Numbered from the stretch's first letter, positions 19,598 to 29,395 are shown. The stretch is DNA of 32,562 bases from an uncultured bacterium (GCA_965662235.1 CBFIGY010000032.1:1-32562), one strand, 5' to 3'. Numbers and translations are program-made. Notes: generated from the sequence alone by a model not told the origin.

Positions 19598-20950
19598 ATG
19601 TCGTCTGCAAAGGCGTCCCACCTTTTCTACCAAACCCGCAACCGCAAGCCCCGGGTTTCCCGGTCCAAGGGCGTTTATCTCTGGGACCAGGCGGGAAACC
19701 GTTACCTCGATGGCTCCTCCGGGGCCATGGTCTCCAACATTGGACACAGCCACCCCGTCGTCATTGAGGCGATGCAGCAGCAGCTCAATCAGGCGGCGTT
19801 CGCCTACCGGCTGCACTTTGAAAATGATGCCGCAGAGGCCTTTGCTGAGCAGCTGGCGTCCGTCATGCCGTCCGGGCTCAACCGCGTTTTCTTTGCCTCC
19901 GGGGGGTCAGAAACCGTAGAATCGTGCCTCAAGCTGGCCCGTCAGGTCGCACTGGCTCGGGGGCAGGGGAGTCGCTACAAGGTCATTGCCCTGAGTCCTT
20001 CGTACCACGGCTGCACCTTGGGGCTTCTTGGGGCAACGAACTATGGTCCGCTGAATGACCCCTTCACCCCCATGTACCAGAACATGCCTCAGATTCCGGC
20101 GCCCACGGCGTACCGGGATCGGGATGCCCTGAGCCTTGAGGAACGCGGCCTCCGGTACGCCAACCTGCTGGAACAGGAGATCGTGGCGCAGGGTCCGGAA
20201 ACCGTCCTAGCCTTCCTTGCAGAACCCGTTGGAGGCGCAACAACCGGGGCACTGGTGGCGCCGGAATCATACTACCCGCGTGTCCGGGAGATCTGTGATC
20301 AGTACGGCGTCCTCCTCATTGCCGATGAGGTCCTCAGTGGTGCCGGACGGACCGGCGAGTACCTAGCGCTCTCGCACTGGAACGTGCAGGCGGACCTGGT
20401 TGCGCTGGCCAAGGGGCTTGCTGCCGGATACTGTCCGCTCGGGGCCGTGGTGGCCCGTGAGGATCTGGTGGAAGACGTGCTGGACCACGGAGGCTTCATG
20501 CACGGCTACACGTACGCCGGCAACCCGCTGGCCTGTGCCGCTGGCAAGGCGGTGCTAGAGGTCATGCTCAAGGAACGTCTCATGGAGCAGGCCACCCATC
20601 AGGGCAACGCACTGAAGCAGGGGCTCCTGAACCTGCAGCAGCAGTTTCCCTTCATTGGAGACGTCCGGGGCAAGGGACTGCTGCTGGCCTTTGAGCTGGT
20701 TGCTGATCCGGAGACGTGGGAGGTGCTGCCTCCGGAGTGGAACGCGCATGCCCGGATGGTGGAGCTGGCGTATGAGGAACAGCTGATCCTCTACTCCCGC
20801 AGAACCCGAGGCGGGTACGCAGGGGATCACCTGATGGTCTGTCCGCCCCTCTGCATCCAGGATGAGGAGGTGGAGGAGCTGCTTGAAAAACTGCAACGGA
20901 CCCTCCTGCGCTTTGCGGAAGAACGGGCCCTGCCGGTTGTGTCTTCCTAA
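19598..20950 (+). CDS. Class III PLP-dependent aminotransferase
   Basis: G.RYLDGSSG, SGGSE.VE..LK, SYHG, AEPVGG, IADEV..G.GRTG, AKGL (PLP Lys), HGYTY.GNP, VRGKGLL. Confidence 0.95.
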   Translation: MSSAKASHLFYQTRNRKPRVSRSKGVYLWDQAGNRYLDGSSGAMVSNIGHSHPVVIEAMQQQLNQAAFAYRLHFENDAAEAFAEQLASVMPSGLNRVFFASGGSETVESCLKLARQVALARGQGSRYKVIALSPSYHGCTLGLLGATNYGPLNDPFTPMYQNMPQIPAPTAYRDRDALSLEERGLRYANLLEQEIVAQGPETVLAFLAEPVGGATTGALVAPESYYPRVREICDQYGVLLIADEVLSGAGRTGEYLALSHWNVQADLVALAKGLAAGYCPLGAVVAREDLVEDVLDHGGFMHGYTYAGNPLACAAGKAVLEVMLKERLMEQATHQGNALKQGLLNLQQQFPFIGDVRGKGLLLAFELVADPETWEVLPPEWNAHARMVELAYEEQLILYSRRTRGGYAGDHLMVCPPLCIQDEEVEELLEKLQRTLLRFAEERALPVVSS

Positions 20951-20965
20951 TTGCGGAGCCTGCTT

Positions 20966-21898
20966 ATGTCTCAACAGAAAGTCATCATCACCTGTGCGGT
21001 CACCGGGTCCATTCACACCCCGAGCATGAGCCCGCACCTTCCGGTAACGCCTGCAGAGATTGCTGAGCAGGCGATTGCGGCGGCTGAAGCGGGGGCAGCC
21101 ATTCTGCACCTGCATGCCCGCAATCCTGAGAACGGCGCCCCGACGCCGGATCCGGAGGTCTTCATGCAGTTCCTCCCAACCATCCACCAGAACACCAACG
21201 CGGTCATCAACATCACGACCGGCGGCGGACAGTACATGTCGGTGGAGGAGCGCCTGCAGGCCCCGCTTCAGGTCTGCCCTGAGATGTGTTCGCTCAACAT
21301 GGGGTCCATCAACTTCGGCCTCTTTCCGGCGCTGGAGCGTTTTCAGGACTGGCAGCATGACTGGGAACCGCAGTTTCTGGAGGACACCCGGGACTTTGTC
21401 TTCCGGAACACCTTCAAGGACATTGAGTTCATCCTCCGTGAGCTGGGCGAGCAGCGGGGGGCTCGCTTTGAGTTTGAGTGCTACGACGTGGGGCACCTCT
21501 ACAACCTCAAGCACTTCTGGGACCGGGGCAAGGTGAAGGCGCCGCTGTTCATTCAGTTCATCTTTGGCGTCCTCGGAGGCATTGGCCCAGACCCCGCCCA
21601 CCTGGTTCACATGAAGGAAACCGCAGACAAGCTGTTTGGAGACGCCTATCGGTTTTCCGTGCTGGCTGCTGGGCGGCATCAGATGGGCATGATCACCAAC
21701 GCGGCAACGTTGGGAGGAAGCGTCCGGGTGGGACTCGAGGACAGCCTCTACTTGGGCAAGGGACAGCTGGCTCCGAACAACGCGTCGCAGGTGCAGCGGA
21801 TCCGGGAGATCCTGGAACGCCTCTCGCTGGAAGTGGCGACTCCTGAGGAAGCCCGAGAGATGCTGGACCTCAAGGGCCAGGCGCAGGTTCAGCTGTAG
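20966..21898 (+). CDS. Beta-keto acid cleavage enzyme (BKACE, DUF849; 3-keto-5-aminohexanoate cleavage family)
   Basis: KVIITCAVTG, AGAAILHLHAR (Zn His pair), SLNMGS.NF, FEFECYD, RVGLED, ATP.EAR.ML; ATG 20966 with GGAG RBS. Confidence 0.95.
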   Translation: MSQQKVIITCAVTGSIHTPSMSPHLPVTPAEIAEQAIAAAEAGAAILHLHARNPENGAPTPDPEVFMQFLPTIHQNTNAVINITTGGGQYMSVEERLQAPLQVCPEMCSLNMGSINFGLFPALERFQDWQHDWEPQFLEDTRDFVFRNTFKDIEFILRELGEQRGARFEFECYDVGHLYNLKHFWDRGKVKAPLFIQFIFGVLGGIGPDPAHLVHMKETADKLFGDAYRFSVLAAGRHQMGMITNAATLGGSVRVGLEDSLYLGKGQLAPNNASQVQRIREILERLSLEVATPEEAREMLDLKGQAQVQL

Positions 21899-21904
21899 GA
21901 CACC

Positions 21905-22927
21905 ATGATTGCGTACTTTGACTCCATTCAGCTGCAGCATGAGCCGCAGTTTTTCCTCTCCAGCGGTGCGCCGCAGCCCAATCCGGAAGTGGCTGCACGG
22001 GCTCAGGCGCTGCAGCAGGCCCTGCAGACCGAGGGGCACACGCTTCAGCAACCGCAGGCCTATGGGGTGGGACCCGTGGCCGAGGTGCACACTGCAGAGT
22101 ACCTCCAGTTTCTGCAGCACATCTACCAGCGTTGGCAGTACATTGAGTCCGGATCGTCCGAGGTCATTCCCAACATCCACCCCAACCGGGCAGGACTGAG
22201 CTATCCGGACTCGGCTGTGGGGCAGGCCGGGTGGCACCTCTTTGACACCGCCTGCCCGATTGGTCCGCACACCTGGACCTCCGCCCTGGCCAGCGCCAAC
22301 ACGGCCGTGGCCGCAGCGGCCCAGGTTCAGGAGCACGGAGGAGTGGCGTATGCCCTCTGCCGTCCTCCGGGACACCACGCGCACGCTGAGATGGCAGGTG
22401 GATTCTGTTACCTCAACAACACCGCCATTGCCGCTCAGTTCCTCCGTCAGCAACGGAGGCGGGTGGCCATTGTGGACGTGGACCTGCACCACGGCAACGG
22501 CACCCAGAGCATCTTCTACGACCGGAATGACGTCCTCACCGTGTCGCTGCACGCTGATCCGGCCCGGTTCTATCCCTTCTACTGGGGACACGTTCAGGAG
22601 CGGGGATCCGGACGGGGAGAAGGCTTCAACCTCAACGTTCCACTGCCTCGAGGAACCGGAGACGCTGGATACCTCAAGGCCCTAGACAAGGCCCTCACCC
22701 GAGTGGCCGCCTTTGCTCCTGAGGCGCTGGTGGTGGCACTGGGACTGGATGCCCATGAACGCGACCCCCTGGCTGGGTTGGCCGTGACCACTCCCGGCTT
22801 CAAGCAGATCGGGCAGCGTCTCGGACAACTCCACCTCCCGACCGTTCTGGTCCAGGAAGGAGGCTACCTGTCTGACGACCTGGGCCCCAACCTGATTCAC
22901 TTTCTCAACGGGTTCTCCGGCGCCTGA
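21905..22927 (+). CDS. Histone deacetylase family Zn amidohydrolase (acetylpolyamine amidohydrolase-like)
   Basis: CRPPGHHA, GGFCYLNN, DVDLHHGNGTQ, ALGLDAH..DP, QEGGY. Confidence 0.95.
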   Translation: MIAYFDSIQLQHEPQFFLSSGAPQPNPEVAARAQALQQALQTEGHTLQQPQAYGVGPVAEVHTAEYLQFLQHIYQRWQYIESGSSEVIPNIHPNRAGLSYPDSAVGQAGWHLFDTACPIGPHTWTSALASANTAVAAAAQVQEHGGVAYALCRPPGHHAHAEMAGGFCYLNNTAIAAQFLRQQRRRVAIVDVDLHHGNGTQSIFYDRNDVLTVSLHADPARFYPFYWGHVQERGSGRGEGFNLNVPLPRGTGDAGYLKALDKALTRVAAFAPEALVVALGLDAHERDPLAGLAVTTPGFKQIGQRLGQLHLPTVLVQEGGYLSDDLGPNLIHFLNGFSGA

Positions 22928-22969
22928 TCCGGAGCCCTTGGCTTTTTCCTGTTCATCAAAGGACTTCCC

Positions 22970-24037
22970 ATGCAAAACGCACTGGTGCTGGCTCCCCAGA
23001 CCTTTAACTTTGATCGTGCCAAGACGGCCTTTGGCCTGGTTCGGGGCAGTGACCGCTTCCAGATTGTGGGGGTGGTGGACCCGGACCAAGCAGGTCAGGA
23101 TGCGGGCACCGTGGTGGACGGCACCCCCCGGGGGATTCCGATTTATGCCTCGGTTGCAGAAGCCTGTGCTCAGGCAACAGCGCCTCCAGAGGTGGCCATT
23201 GTCGGCATCACCACGTCTGGCGGAAAGCTGCTTCCGGAGCTGCTCAGCGTCATTGAGGAGGCAATTGAGCAGGGACTGGGCGTGGTGAACGGGCTTCATG
23301 AATTCCTCTCGGACAAACCGGACCTGGTGGACGCAGCAGCGCGTCGGCAGGTGTCGCTGCTGGACATCCGCAAGCCTCGCTCCAAGATGGACCTGCACTT
23401 CTGGACAGGCGAGATCACACAGGTTCGGGCGCCCCGTCTGGCGGTGCTGGGAACCGACTGTGCCGTGGGCAAACGGACCACCACCCGCTGGCTCTGGGAA
23501 GCCTGCAATCAGGCGGGTCTGCGGACGGAGATGATCTTTACGGGACAGACGGGCTGGATGCAGTCGGGACATGACTACGGCTTCATCTTCGACTCCACCC
23601 CAAACGATTTTGTCTCCGGAGAGCTGGAGCATGCCGTGGTGCGGTGCGACCGGGAACAGAATCCGGACCTGATTCTGCTGGAGGGACAGTCGTCGCTGCG
23701 CAACCCGTCGGGGCCGTGTGGCTCCGAGTACCTCTGTTCCGCCATGGCCCGGGGGGTGATCCTTCAGCATGCTCCGGGTCGCAAGGTCTTCCGGGCTCAG
23801 GCGGCGGAGCTGCCCATTCCCGACATCAAGGACGAGCTGGAACTGATTCGGCTCTACGGCTCCCGGACCCTCGCGGTGACCCTCAGCACCGAGTGCCTCA
23901 ACCCGAAGGACGTGGAAGCCCTGCGCGCTGAGCATCAGGAGCGCCTGGGCGTGCCCGTGCTGTTGCCCAAGGAACAGGGCGTGGAAGCCCTGATTCCGCT
24001 CATCCAAACCTTTCTTGAAGAGGAGCAGGCCCGATGA
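22970..24037 (+). CDS. DUF1611 protein (DgcN-like amino-acid N-acetyltransferase)
   Basis: AKTA.GL.R, NGLH.FL, GTDCAVGKRTT, TGQTG, DFVSGELE, EGQ.SL.NP. Confidence 0.9.
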   Translation: MQNALVLAPQTFNFDRAKTAFGLVRGSDRFQIVGVVDPDQAGQDAGTVVDGTPRGIPIYASVAEACAQATAPPEVAIVGITTSGGKLLPELLSVIEEAIEQGLGVVNGLHEFLSDKPDLVDAAARRQVSLLDIRKPRSKMDLHFWTGEITQVRAPRLAVLGTDCAVGKRTTTRWLWEACNQAGLRTEMIFTGQTGWMQSGHDYGFIFDSTPNDFVSGELEHAVVRCDREQNPDLILLEGQSSLRNPSGPCGSEYLCSAMARGVILQHAPGRKVFRAQAAELPIPDIKDELELIRLYGSRTLAVTLSTECLNPKDVEALRAEHQERLGVPVLLPKEQGVEALIPLIQTFLEEEQAR

Positions 24038-25095
24038 AGCTAACCGGTGTGCGCGTGTGGCAAGAGACCATCCGTCTGACTCAGCCCTTCAGCATTTCCT
24101 ACAACACCAGCGACGAGGTCACGCTGCACTTCCTGGAGCTGCAGGCCGAGGGCAACGTCTTGGGCTACGGCTCCGCGTCTCCGGGAGAGCAGGTGACCGG
24201 AGAAACCGATGCCTCCTGTGCGGCAGCACTGGAACAGCTTCAGGGGCTGCAGGGGGAAGACGTGCGGCACCTGCCACGGCTGCTCCGGACCCTGCAGGAG
24301 CAACTGACCGCCAATCCGGCAGCGCTGGCAGCAGCAGACATGGCGCTGCATGACCTGCTGGCCCGGCGTCTGGAGGTGCCGCTGACGCAGCTGCTCGGAC
24401 AGGCACAGACGGCGCTGCCAACTTCCAACACGCTGGGGCTCCGGACCCTGGAGGAAACGCTCAAGGAAGCTGCCGAGAAGCGGGCCCAGGGATTTTCGGT
24501 GCTGAAGGTGAAGCTGGGCAAGAGCCTAGAAGAGGACTTGGAACGGCTGGCAAAGCTCCGGGAGCACCTTCCCGCTGACACGAAGCTCCGGGTGGACCCG
24601 AACCAGGGATACGGCCTAGCGGAGCTCCGGCAGCTGCTGGCCCAGCGGGAAACGCTGCGGCTCGAGTTTGTGGAGCAGCCCCTCAAGGTGTCGGCAACGG
24701 AAGACCTCCGGGAGCTGACTCCTGAGGAGCGGAAGCACCTGGCGCTTGATGAAAGCCTGAAGTCGGAAGCCGACGCCCTGCGTTACGGCTACCCGGAGCC
24801 GTACTGTGGCATCTTCAACATCAAGCTGATGAAGTGTGGGGGTCTGGAACCGGCCCGCCGGATTGCGCACCTGGCGTCGGTGTCAGGAATTGAGCTGATG
24901 TGGGGGTGCAACGATGAAAGCCGGACCAGTCTGGCGGCAGCGCTGCATCAGGCCCTGGCGTGTCCAAACACGCGGTACCTGGATCTGGATGGGGACTTGG
25001 ATCTGACACGAGATCCGGCCCAGGGAGGGTATCACCTCCGTGACGGGGTGATGCATCCCTCAGAACAGCCTGGGCTGGGAATTACCTTCGCCTAG
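24034..25095 (+). CDS. Enolase-superfamily dipeptide epimerase / N-acyl amino acid racemase (DgcA-like)
   Basis: LKVKLG (KxK), VDPNQG, EQP, DES, NIKLMKCGG, GC, DLDG; ATGA overlap with the DUF1611 gene. Confidence 0.92.
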   Translation: MKLTGVRVWQETIRLTQPFSISYNTSDEVTLHFLELQAEGNVLGYGSASPGEQVTGETDASCAAALEQLQGLQGEDVRHLPRLLRTLQEQLTANPAALAAADMALHDLLARRLEVPLTQLLGQAQTALPTSNTLGLRTLEETLKEAAEKRAQGFSVLKVKLGKSLEEDLERLAKLREHLPADTKLRVDPNQGYGLAELRQLLAQRETLRLEFVEQPLKVSATEDLRELTPEERKHLALDESLKSEADALRYGYPEPYCGIFNIKLMKCGGLEPARRIAHLASVSGIELMWGCNDESRTSLAAALHQALACPNTRYLDLDGDLDLTRDPAQGGYHLRDGVMHPSEQPGLGITFA

Positions 25096-25409
25096 GGGGC
25101 CTGGACGCGGAGGCTGACCTGTTCCTCCACCGCTTCTTTGACCTCAGGCACAATGTCGGAGAAGAATTCCTTTTCCAGCAGGATCAGGCTCATTCCATCG
25201 AGCCTCACACGCGGATGAAGCGTGCCATAGGTCTTGCGCTTGTGCAGGCGGGCCAGGAGTTTGTAGTAAGAGTCTTGCTCCGAAGGGGTCTTGGCTCCGC
25301 TGGAGAGCTTCTGGACAATGATTTCCACCTCAGACAGCAGAAACTCTTCTGGAAGCGACAGCACCAGGGTGTTGTCCTGCAAGACTCGTGTTTCTCTGAT
25401 GGAGTCCAT
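25092..25409 (-). CDS. Hypothetical protein (105 aa)
   Basis: Fills the gap with plausible codon usage; its stop overlaps the epimerase stop in CTAG. Confidence 0.6.
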   Translation of the reverse strand: MDSIRETRVLQDNTLVLSLPEEFLLSEVEIIVQKLSSGAKTPSEQDSYYKLLARLHKRKTYGTLHPRVRLDGMSLILLEKEFFSDIVPEVKEAVEEQVSLRVQAP

Positions 25410-25572
25410 AACGCGGTTTCATGATCCACCCGGTTAGGGCGGAGGGGGTGAGCTGAAGAGTTCATCCATGAGCCCGGTGCCCTTGGGGCCACCGAGGGAG
25501 TGAGTCCATCCAGGAACAGAAGGATTTCGCAAGTTGCGTACCACCTCCTCTCCTTTCCTCCTCCGGAATCCT

Positions 25573-26688
25573 TCAGCGGGTCACCCACCAGGGCGTCAGC
25601 GTGGGCGGCTGACTGAGGTCCACCACCTCCCCGAGCTGCGGAATGATCTGGGACACCCCCTTCTCGGCCGCATACTTTTGTGACTCCTGAGGGGGCGCGT
25701 ACCATTCGTGCAGAGCCAGCTTAAACTGTCCCCAGTGGATGGGCACCATCCAGTCGGCCTTGAGGTCCACTGCCGCCTGCACCGCTTCTTCCGGAAGGTT
25801 GTGCACCTCACGCCAGTTCGGGTGGTACTGCCCACTGTCAATGAAGGCCACATCAAAGCGTCCGAAGCGTTCTCCAATCTCCCGGTAGTGCTGGTCGTAC
25901 CCGGAGTCTCCACTGAAGTACACCCGTTGCCCCTCCTGCTCCAGCACCCATGAGGCCCAGAGGGTCACCTGAGTCTGCCCCGTCCGTCCTGAAAAGTGCT
26001 GGGCGGGAGTGCAGGTCAGGGTTAGGTCCTGAAAGCGAGCCTCTTCCCACCAGTCGAGCTCGGTGATCCGAGAGGCGTCGATTCCCCAGTACTGGAGGTG
26101 TGAGGAGATGCCGAGCGGGACAAAAAACGCCACCTCCTGATCCCGGAAGAACTCAATCGTTTCCATGTCCAGGTGGTCGTAGTGGTCGTGGGAGATGACG
26201 ATGACGTCGATCTTCGGCAACGCCTCCAGCGCAAGAACGGGAGGCTGAAAGCGTTGGGTGATCCACTTGACCGGAGACGCGGCTTTGGAGAAGACGGGGT
26301 CGATCAGGATCCGGGTGCCTTTGACATTGAGGAGGAGGGTGGAGTGCCCCAGCCAGATGAACTTGACGGCCGGACCATCGGCGAGAAAGGCCTCCAGGTC
26401 CACCGGTTGCTGAACAGGAAGGGGCTGTGCCGGAGTCTGGTCCGGAATGCCGGAGAAGAAGAACTCCCCGATGGACCGAAGGGTGATCCGCTCATTCATG
26501 AGCTGCAGGACCTCCGGACGGCGGTTTTCAAACGCCTGCTTGTCCGGATTGAAGTGGGGAGACTCAGCCAGCCGGGCCAACTGAGGCCCCTTGGGCTTCT
26601 CACCGAGCTCTCGCCAGGTGGAACAGGAGGAAAGGGAAACGCTCAAGAGGCTCACCAGGAGAAGGAGGAAAAGAGGACGTGAGGGCAT
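25573..26688 (-). CDS. MBL-fold metallo-hydrolase (RomA/NAPE-PLD-like), probable lipoprotein
   Basis: WLGHST, IDPVFS, ISHDHYDHLD, TPAQHFSGR, LWASW, SGDSGY, PIHWG.F.LA.H.W; signal peptide ending SLSSC from ATG 26688 (alternative start 26790). Confidence 0.92.
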   Translation of the reverse strand: MPSRPLFLLLLVSLLSVSLSSCSTWRELGEKPKGPQLARLAESPHFNPDKQAFENRRPEVLQLMNERITLRSIGEFFFSGIPDQTPAQPLPVQQPVDLEAFLADGPAVKFIWLGHSTLLLNVKGTRILIDPVFSKAASPVKWITQRFQPPVLALEALPKIDVIVISHDHYDHLDMETIEFFRDQEVAFFVPLGISSHLQYWGIDASRITELDWWEEARFQDLTLTCTPAQHFSGRTGQTQVTLWASWVLEQEGQRVYFSGDSGYDQHYREIGERFGRFDVAFIDSGQYHPNWREVHNLPEEAVQAAVDLKADWMVPIHWGQFKLALHEWYAPPQESQKYAAEKGVSQIIPQLGEVVDLSQPPTLTPWWVTR

Positions 26689-26796
26689 GAAGCAGCGTCG
26701 GGGGCATCCTAGGGAAAGAAGGTCCCGGGAAGGACCCTCTGGAACAGGCCGGACCCCGGAACGGCTAAAGGCCTCCTGCGGGTCCAGCATTTCAGG

Positions 26797-28929
26797 TCAG
26801 GCCAGCTGATTGGCGAGCGGGAGCTTGCGGATGCGCTTCCCGGTGGCGGCAAAGAGGGCGTTGCAGACGGCCGGAGCAATCGGTGGCACTCCGGGCTCCC
26901 CGACGCCCCCAGGAGCTTCCTGGTTCTGCATGATGCTCACGGAAACCTCCGGCGCTTCCGCTAGGCGCATGATGGGGTAGTCGTGGAAGTTGCTGTTGAC
27001 CACGGCACCGTCCTGCAGCGAGATCTTTTCATTGAGCATGGCCGACAGGCCGAAGCAGATCGCGCCCTGAACCTGAGCGGTGATGATGTCCGGGTTGATG
27101 TGTCGCCCGCAGTCAATGACAGCATAGACGCGGTGCACCCGAACCTGGCCCTGCTCCACCGAGACCTCGGCGACTTCCCCAACGATGCTCTTGAACGACT
27201 CGTGGATGGCGACCCCACGGAAGCGTCCTGACGGCAGTGGGGTGCCCCATCCGGAGTCCTGGGCCAGCTGATCCAGCACGGCCACGTACCGGGGGTGTTC
27301 CTGCAGCAGGGACTTGCGGTACTCCAGCGGATCCTTCCCGGCGAGGTGAGCGGCTTCATCCACCACCGATTCAACGGTGAAGGCATTGTGCGAGCTGCCG
27401 ACGGAGCGCCAGAAGCCCACCGGAACTCCCGGATCGACAATGGTGTAGTCCACGTTGTGGGAGCCAACCGCATAGGGAATCTTGCCGGCACCTTCGGTGG
27501 AGGTCATGTCCCAGTCCAGCCAGTTGAGAACGGTGCCGACAAACGCGGCATCCATCAGACGGTTCGTGATCTGGGCCAAGATCGAGGGGCCAGCCAGCTG
27601 ATGATCCCAGCGCTCCGGCAGGCCCTGTTCGTTGAGCTGCACCTGCACCCGACTGAGGTAGGCGGGTCGATAGAAGTCGTGCTGCGTGTCTTCCTCACGG
27701 GTCCAGACCAGCTTCACCGGCTTTCCCACAGCCTTGGAGACCTGCACCGCCTGGATGACATAGTCAACCTCGGCCCGGCGTCCGAATCCGCCTCCGAGGT
27801 AGGTGCAGTTGATGGTCACCTGTTCCTCCTCCAGCCCGGCCACTTCTGCCGCCTTGGTCCGGGCGATTCCCGGAAACTGCGTGGGCGCCCAGACCGTGCA
27901 GCGGTCCGGTTGCACATCTGCGGTGCAGTTCATGGGCTCCATGGTGGCGTGGGCCAGGTAGGGCAGTTCATACTCAACATCAAGCCCCTTGGAGCCTAAA
28001 AGGTCCGCCTTCCCCGTTTTATCAAGTGCCTGCGTGTAGCTCGCGTGAACGGAGGCATCGGAGACACCGGCAGTCGTCCCTGTGGAGAAGGTCACGTTCA
28101 GCGCCTCAGCGCCCTTCTTGGCCTGCCAGAAGCGGTCTGCCACCACCGCCACTCCGTTCGGGAGCCGCACCACGGCCACCACGCCCTTGATCTTCTTGGC
28201 AGAGGCCTCATCCACCGACACCACTTCTGCTCCAAAGACCGGGGACTGCCGGACAGCGGCGTACAGCATGCCGGGAACGGTGACATCAATTCCGAATTCA
28301 GCTGTTCCCGTGACCTTCTCCAGACCGTCCTTGCGGGGAACCGAACGGCCCACATAGCGGTAGGTTTTCGGATCCTTGAGGGGCGGATCAGACGGAATCT
28401 CTAGGCGTGCGGCTTCTGCAGTCAGCTCCTCGTAACGGGCGCTCCGTCCTGATGCAGCATGCTGGACAACGCCTGCTTCCACGGTGCATTCGTCCACAGG
28501 CACCTGCCAGCGGTTGGCAGCGGCCTGAACGAGCATCAGCCGGGCAGAGGCTCCCAGTGTGCGGAGCGGCTCCCACCAGGCGATCACGGAGTTGCTTCCT
28601 CCGGTGCCCTGCATGCCCATTTCCGGATTGTTGTACTCCTCGTTGGCTGGTGCCAGCACGGTCTGCACCTTCTCATAGTCAACGTCCAGTTCCTCAGCAA
28701 CAATCATGGAGAGCGAGGTGGTGATGCCCTGACCCATCTCGGCGGACGGGATGACCATGGTGATGGTGCCATCGGTGCCGATCCGGAGCCAAAGGCCCAG
28801 CGCCGTGTTGTCGGGCTCAGGAACGCTGAGGATCTGCTTGGAGGTGGAGGAGCAGCCGAGCAGGAGGCCACTGCCAGCGAGCCCGGTGAGAACGGAAGAG
28901 TAAAGAAACTTGCGACGGGTGAGTGTCAT
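26797..28929 (-). CDS. iorB: Xanthine dehydrogenase family molybdopterin subunit (isoquinoline 1-oxidoreductase beta-like), Tat-exported
   Basis: TRRKFL twin-Arg and LLLGC; EMGQG, AEELD, TGGS.S, HATMEPMNC, GGGFGRR, WRSVG, DCG..INPD, NFHDY, GVGEPG.PP.APA. Confidence 0.93.
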   Translation of the reverse strand: MTLTRRKFLYSSVLTGLAGSGLLLGCSSTSKQILSVPEPDNTALGLWLRIGTDGTITMVIPSAEMGQGITTSLSMIVAEELDVDYEKVQTVLAPANEEYNNPEMGMQGTGGSNSVIAWWEPLRTLGASARLMLVQAAANRWQVPVDECTVEAGVVQHAASGRSARYEELTAEAARLEIPSDPPLKDPKTYRYVGRSVPRKDGLEKVTGTAEFGIDVTVPGMLYAAVRQSPVFGAEVVSVDEASAKKIKGVVAVVRLPNGVAVVADRFWQAKKGAEALNVTFSTGTTAGVSDASVHASYTQALDKTGKADLLGSKGLDVEYELPYLAHATMEPMNCTADVQPDRCTVWAPTQFPGIARTKAAEVAGLEEEQVTINCTYLGGGFGRRAEVDYVIQAVQVSKAVGKPVKLVWTREEDTQHDFYRPAYLSRVQVQLNEQGLPERWDHQLAGPSILAQITNRLMDAAFVGTVLNWLDWDMTSTEGAGKIPYAVGSHNVDYTIVDPGVPVGFWRSVGSSHNAFTVESVVDEAAHLAGKDPLEYRKSLLQEHPRYVAVLDQLAQDSGWGTPLPSGRFRGVAIHESFKSIVGEVAEVSVEQGQVRVHRVYAVIDCGRHINPDIITAQVQGAICFGLSAMLNEKISLQDGAVVNSNFHDYPIMRLAEAPEVSVSIMQNQEAPGGVGEPGVPPIAPAVCNALFAATGKRIRKLPLANQLA

Positions 28930-28939
28930 GGTTGACTCC

Positions 28940-29395
28940 TTAGGCCATCAGTTCGGAAGCACGGCGGATCGCCTTGCGGATTCGGGGGTAGGTGCCACAG
29001 CGGCAGATGTTGGTCATGGCCGCATCAATCTCGGCGTCACTGGGCGTCTGGTTGTTGGAAAGCAACGCCGTGGCCGCCATGATCTGTCCGGACTGGCAGT
29101 ATCCACACTGCGGGACCTGCTCCTCAAGCCACGCCTGCTGCACAGCGTGCAGTCCCTCTGCGCCCACGCCTTCGATGGTGGTGATGCGGGCGGTGTCTGG
29201 AACCGCGCTGACCGGGTAGCTGCAGGAACGCACCGGAACCCCGTCCACATGAACGGTGCAGGCGCCACACTGCGCAATTCCACATCCAAACTTGGTTCCG
29301 GTGAGGCCCACTTCATCGCGAAGGACCCACAGAAGCGGAGTGTCGTCGTCTACGTCAACTTCAACCGGTTGGTTGTTGATGGTGAGCTGTTTCAT
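28940..29395 (-). CDS. iorA: (2Fe-2S)-binding subunit (IorA-like)
   Basis: [46 protein letters not shown]. Confidence 0.95.
   Translation of the reverse strand: MKQLTINNQPVEVDVDDDTPLLWVLRDEVGLTGTKFGCGIAQCGACTVHVDGVPVRSCSYPVSAVPDTARITTIEGVGAEGLHAVQQAWLEEQVPQCGYCQSGQIMAATALLSNNQTPSDAEIDAAMTNICRCGTYPRIRKAIRRASELMA

Noticed and set aside
20555..24007. Long antisense ORFs (678 aa, 441 aa) and similar shadow ORFs elsewhere
   Set aside because: They mirror well-supported genes on the other strand, as expected at high GC, and have no motifs.
26797..29395. Selenium-dependent molybdenum hydroxylase linked to selD
   Set aside because: 20 kb from selD, IorAB-type family, and no YqeB/YqeC genes; the SelD form points to the Sec trait.
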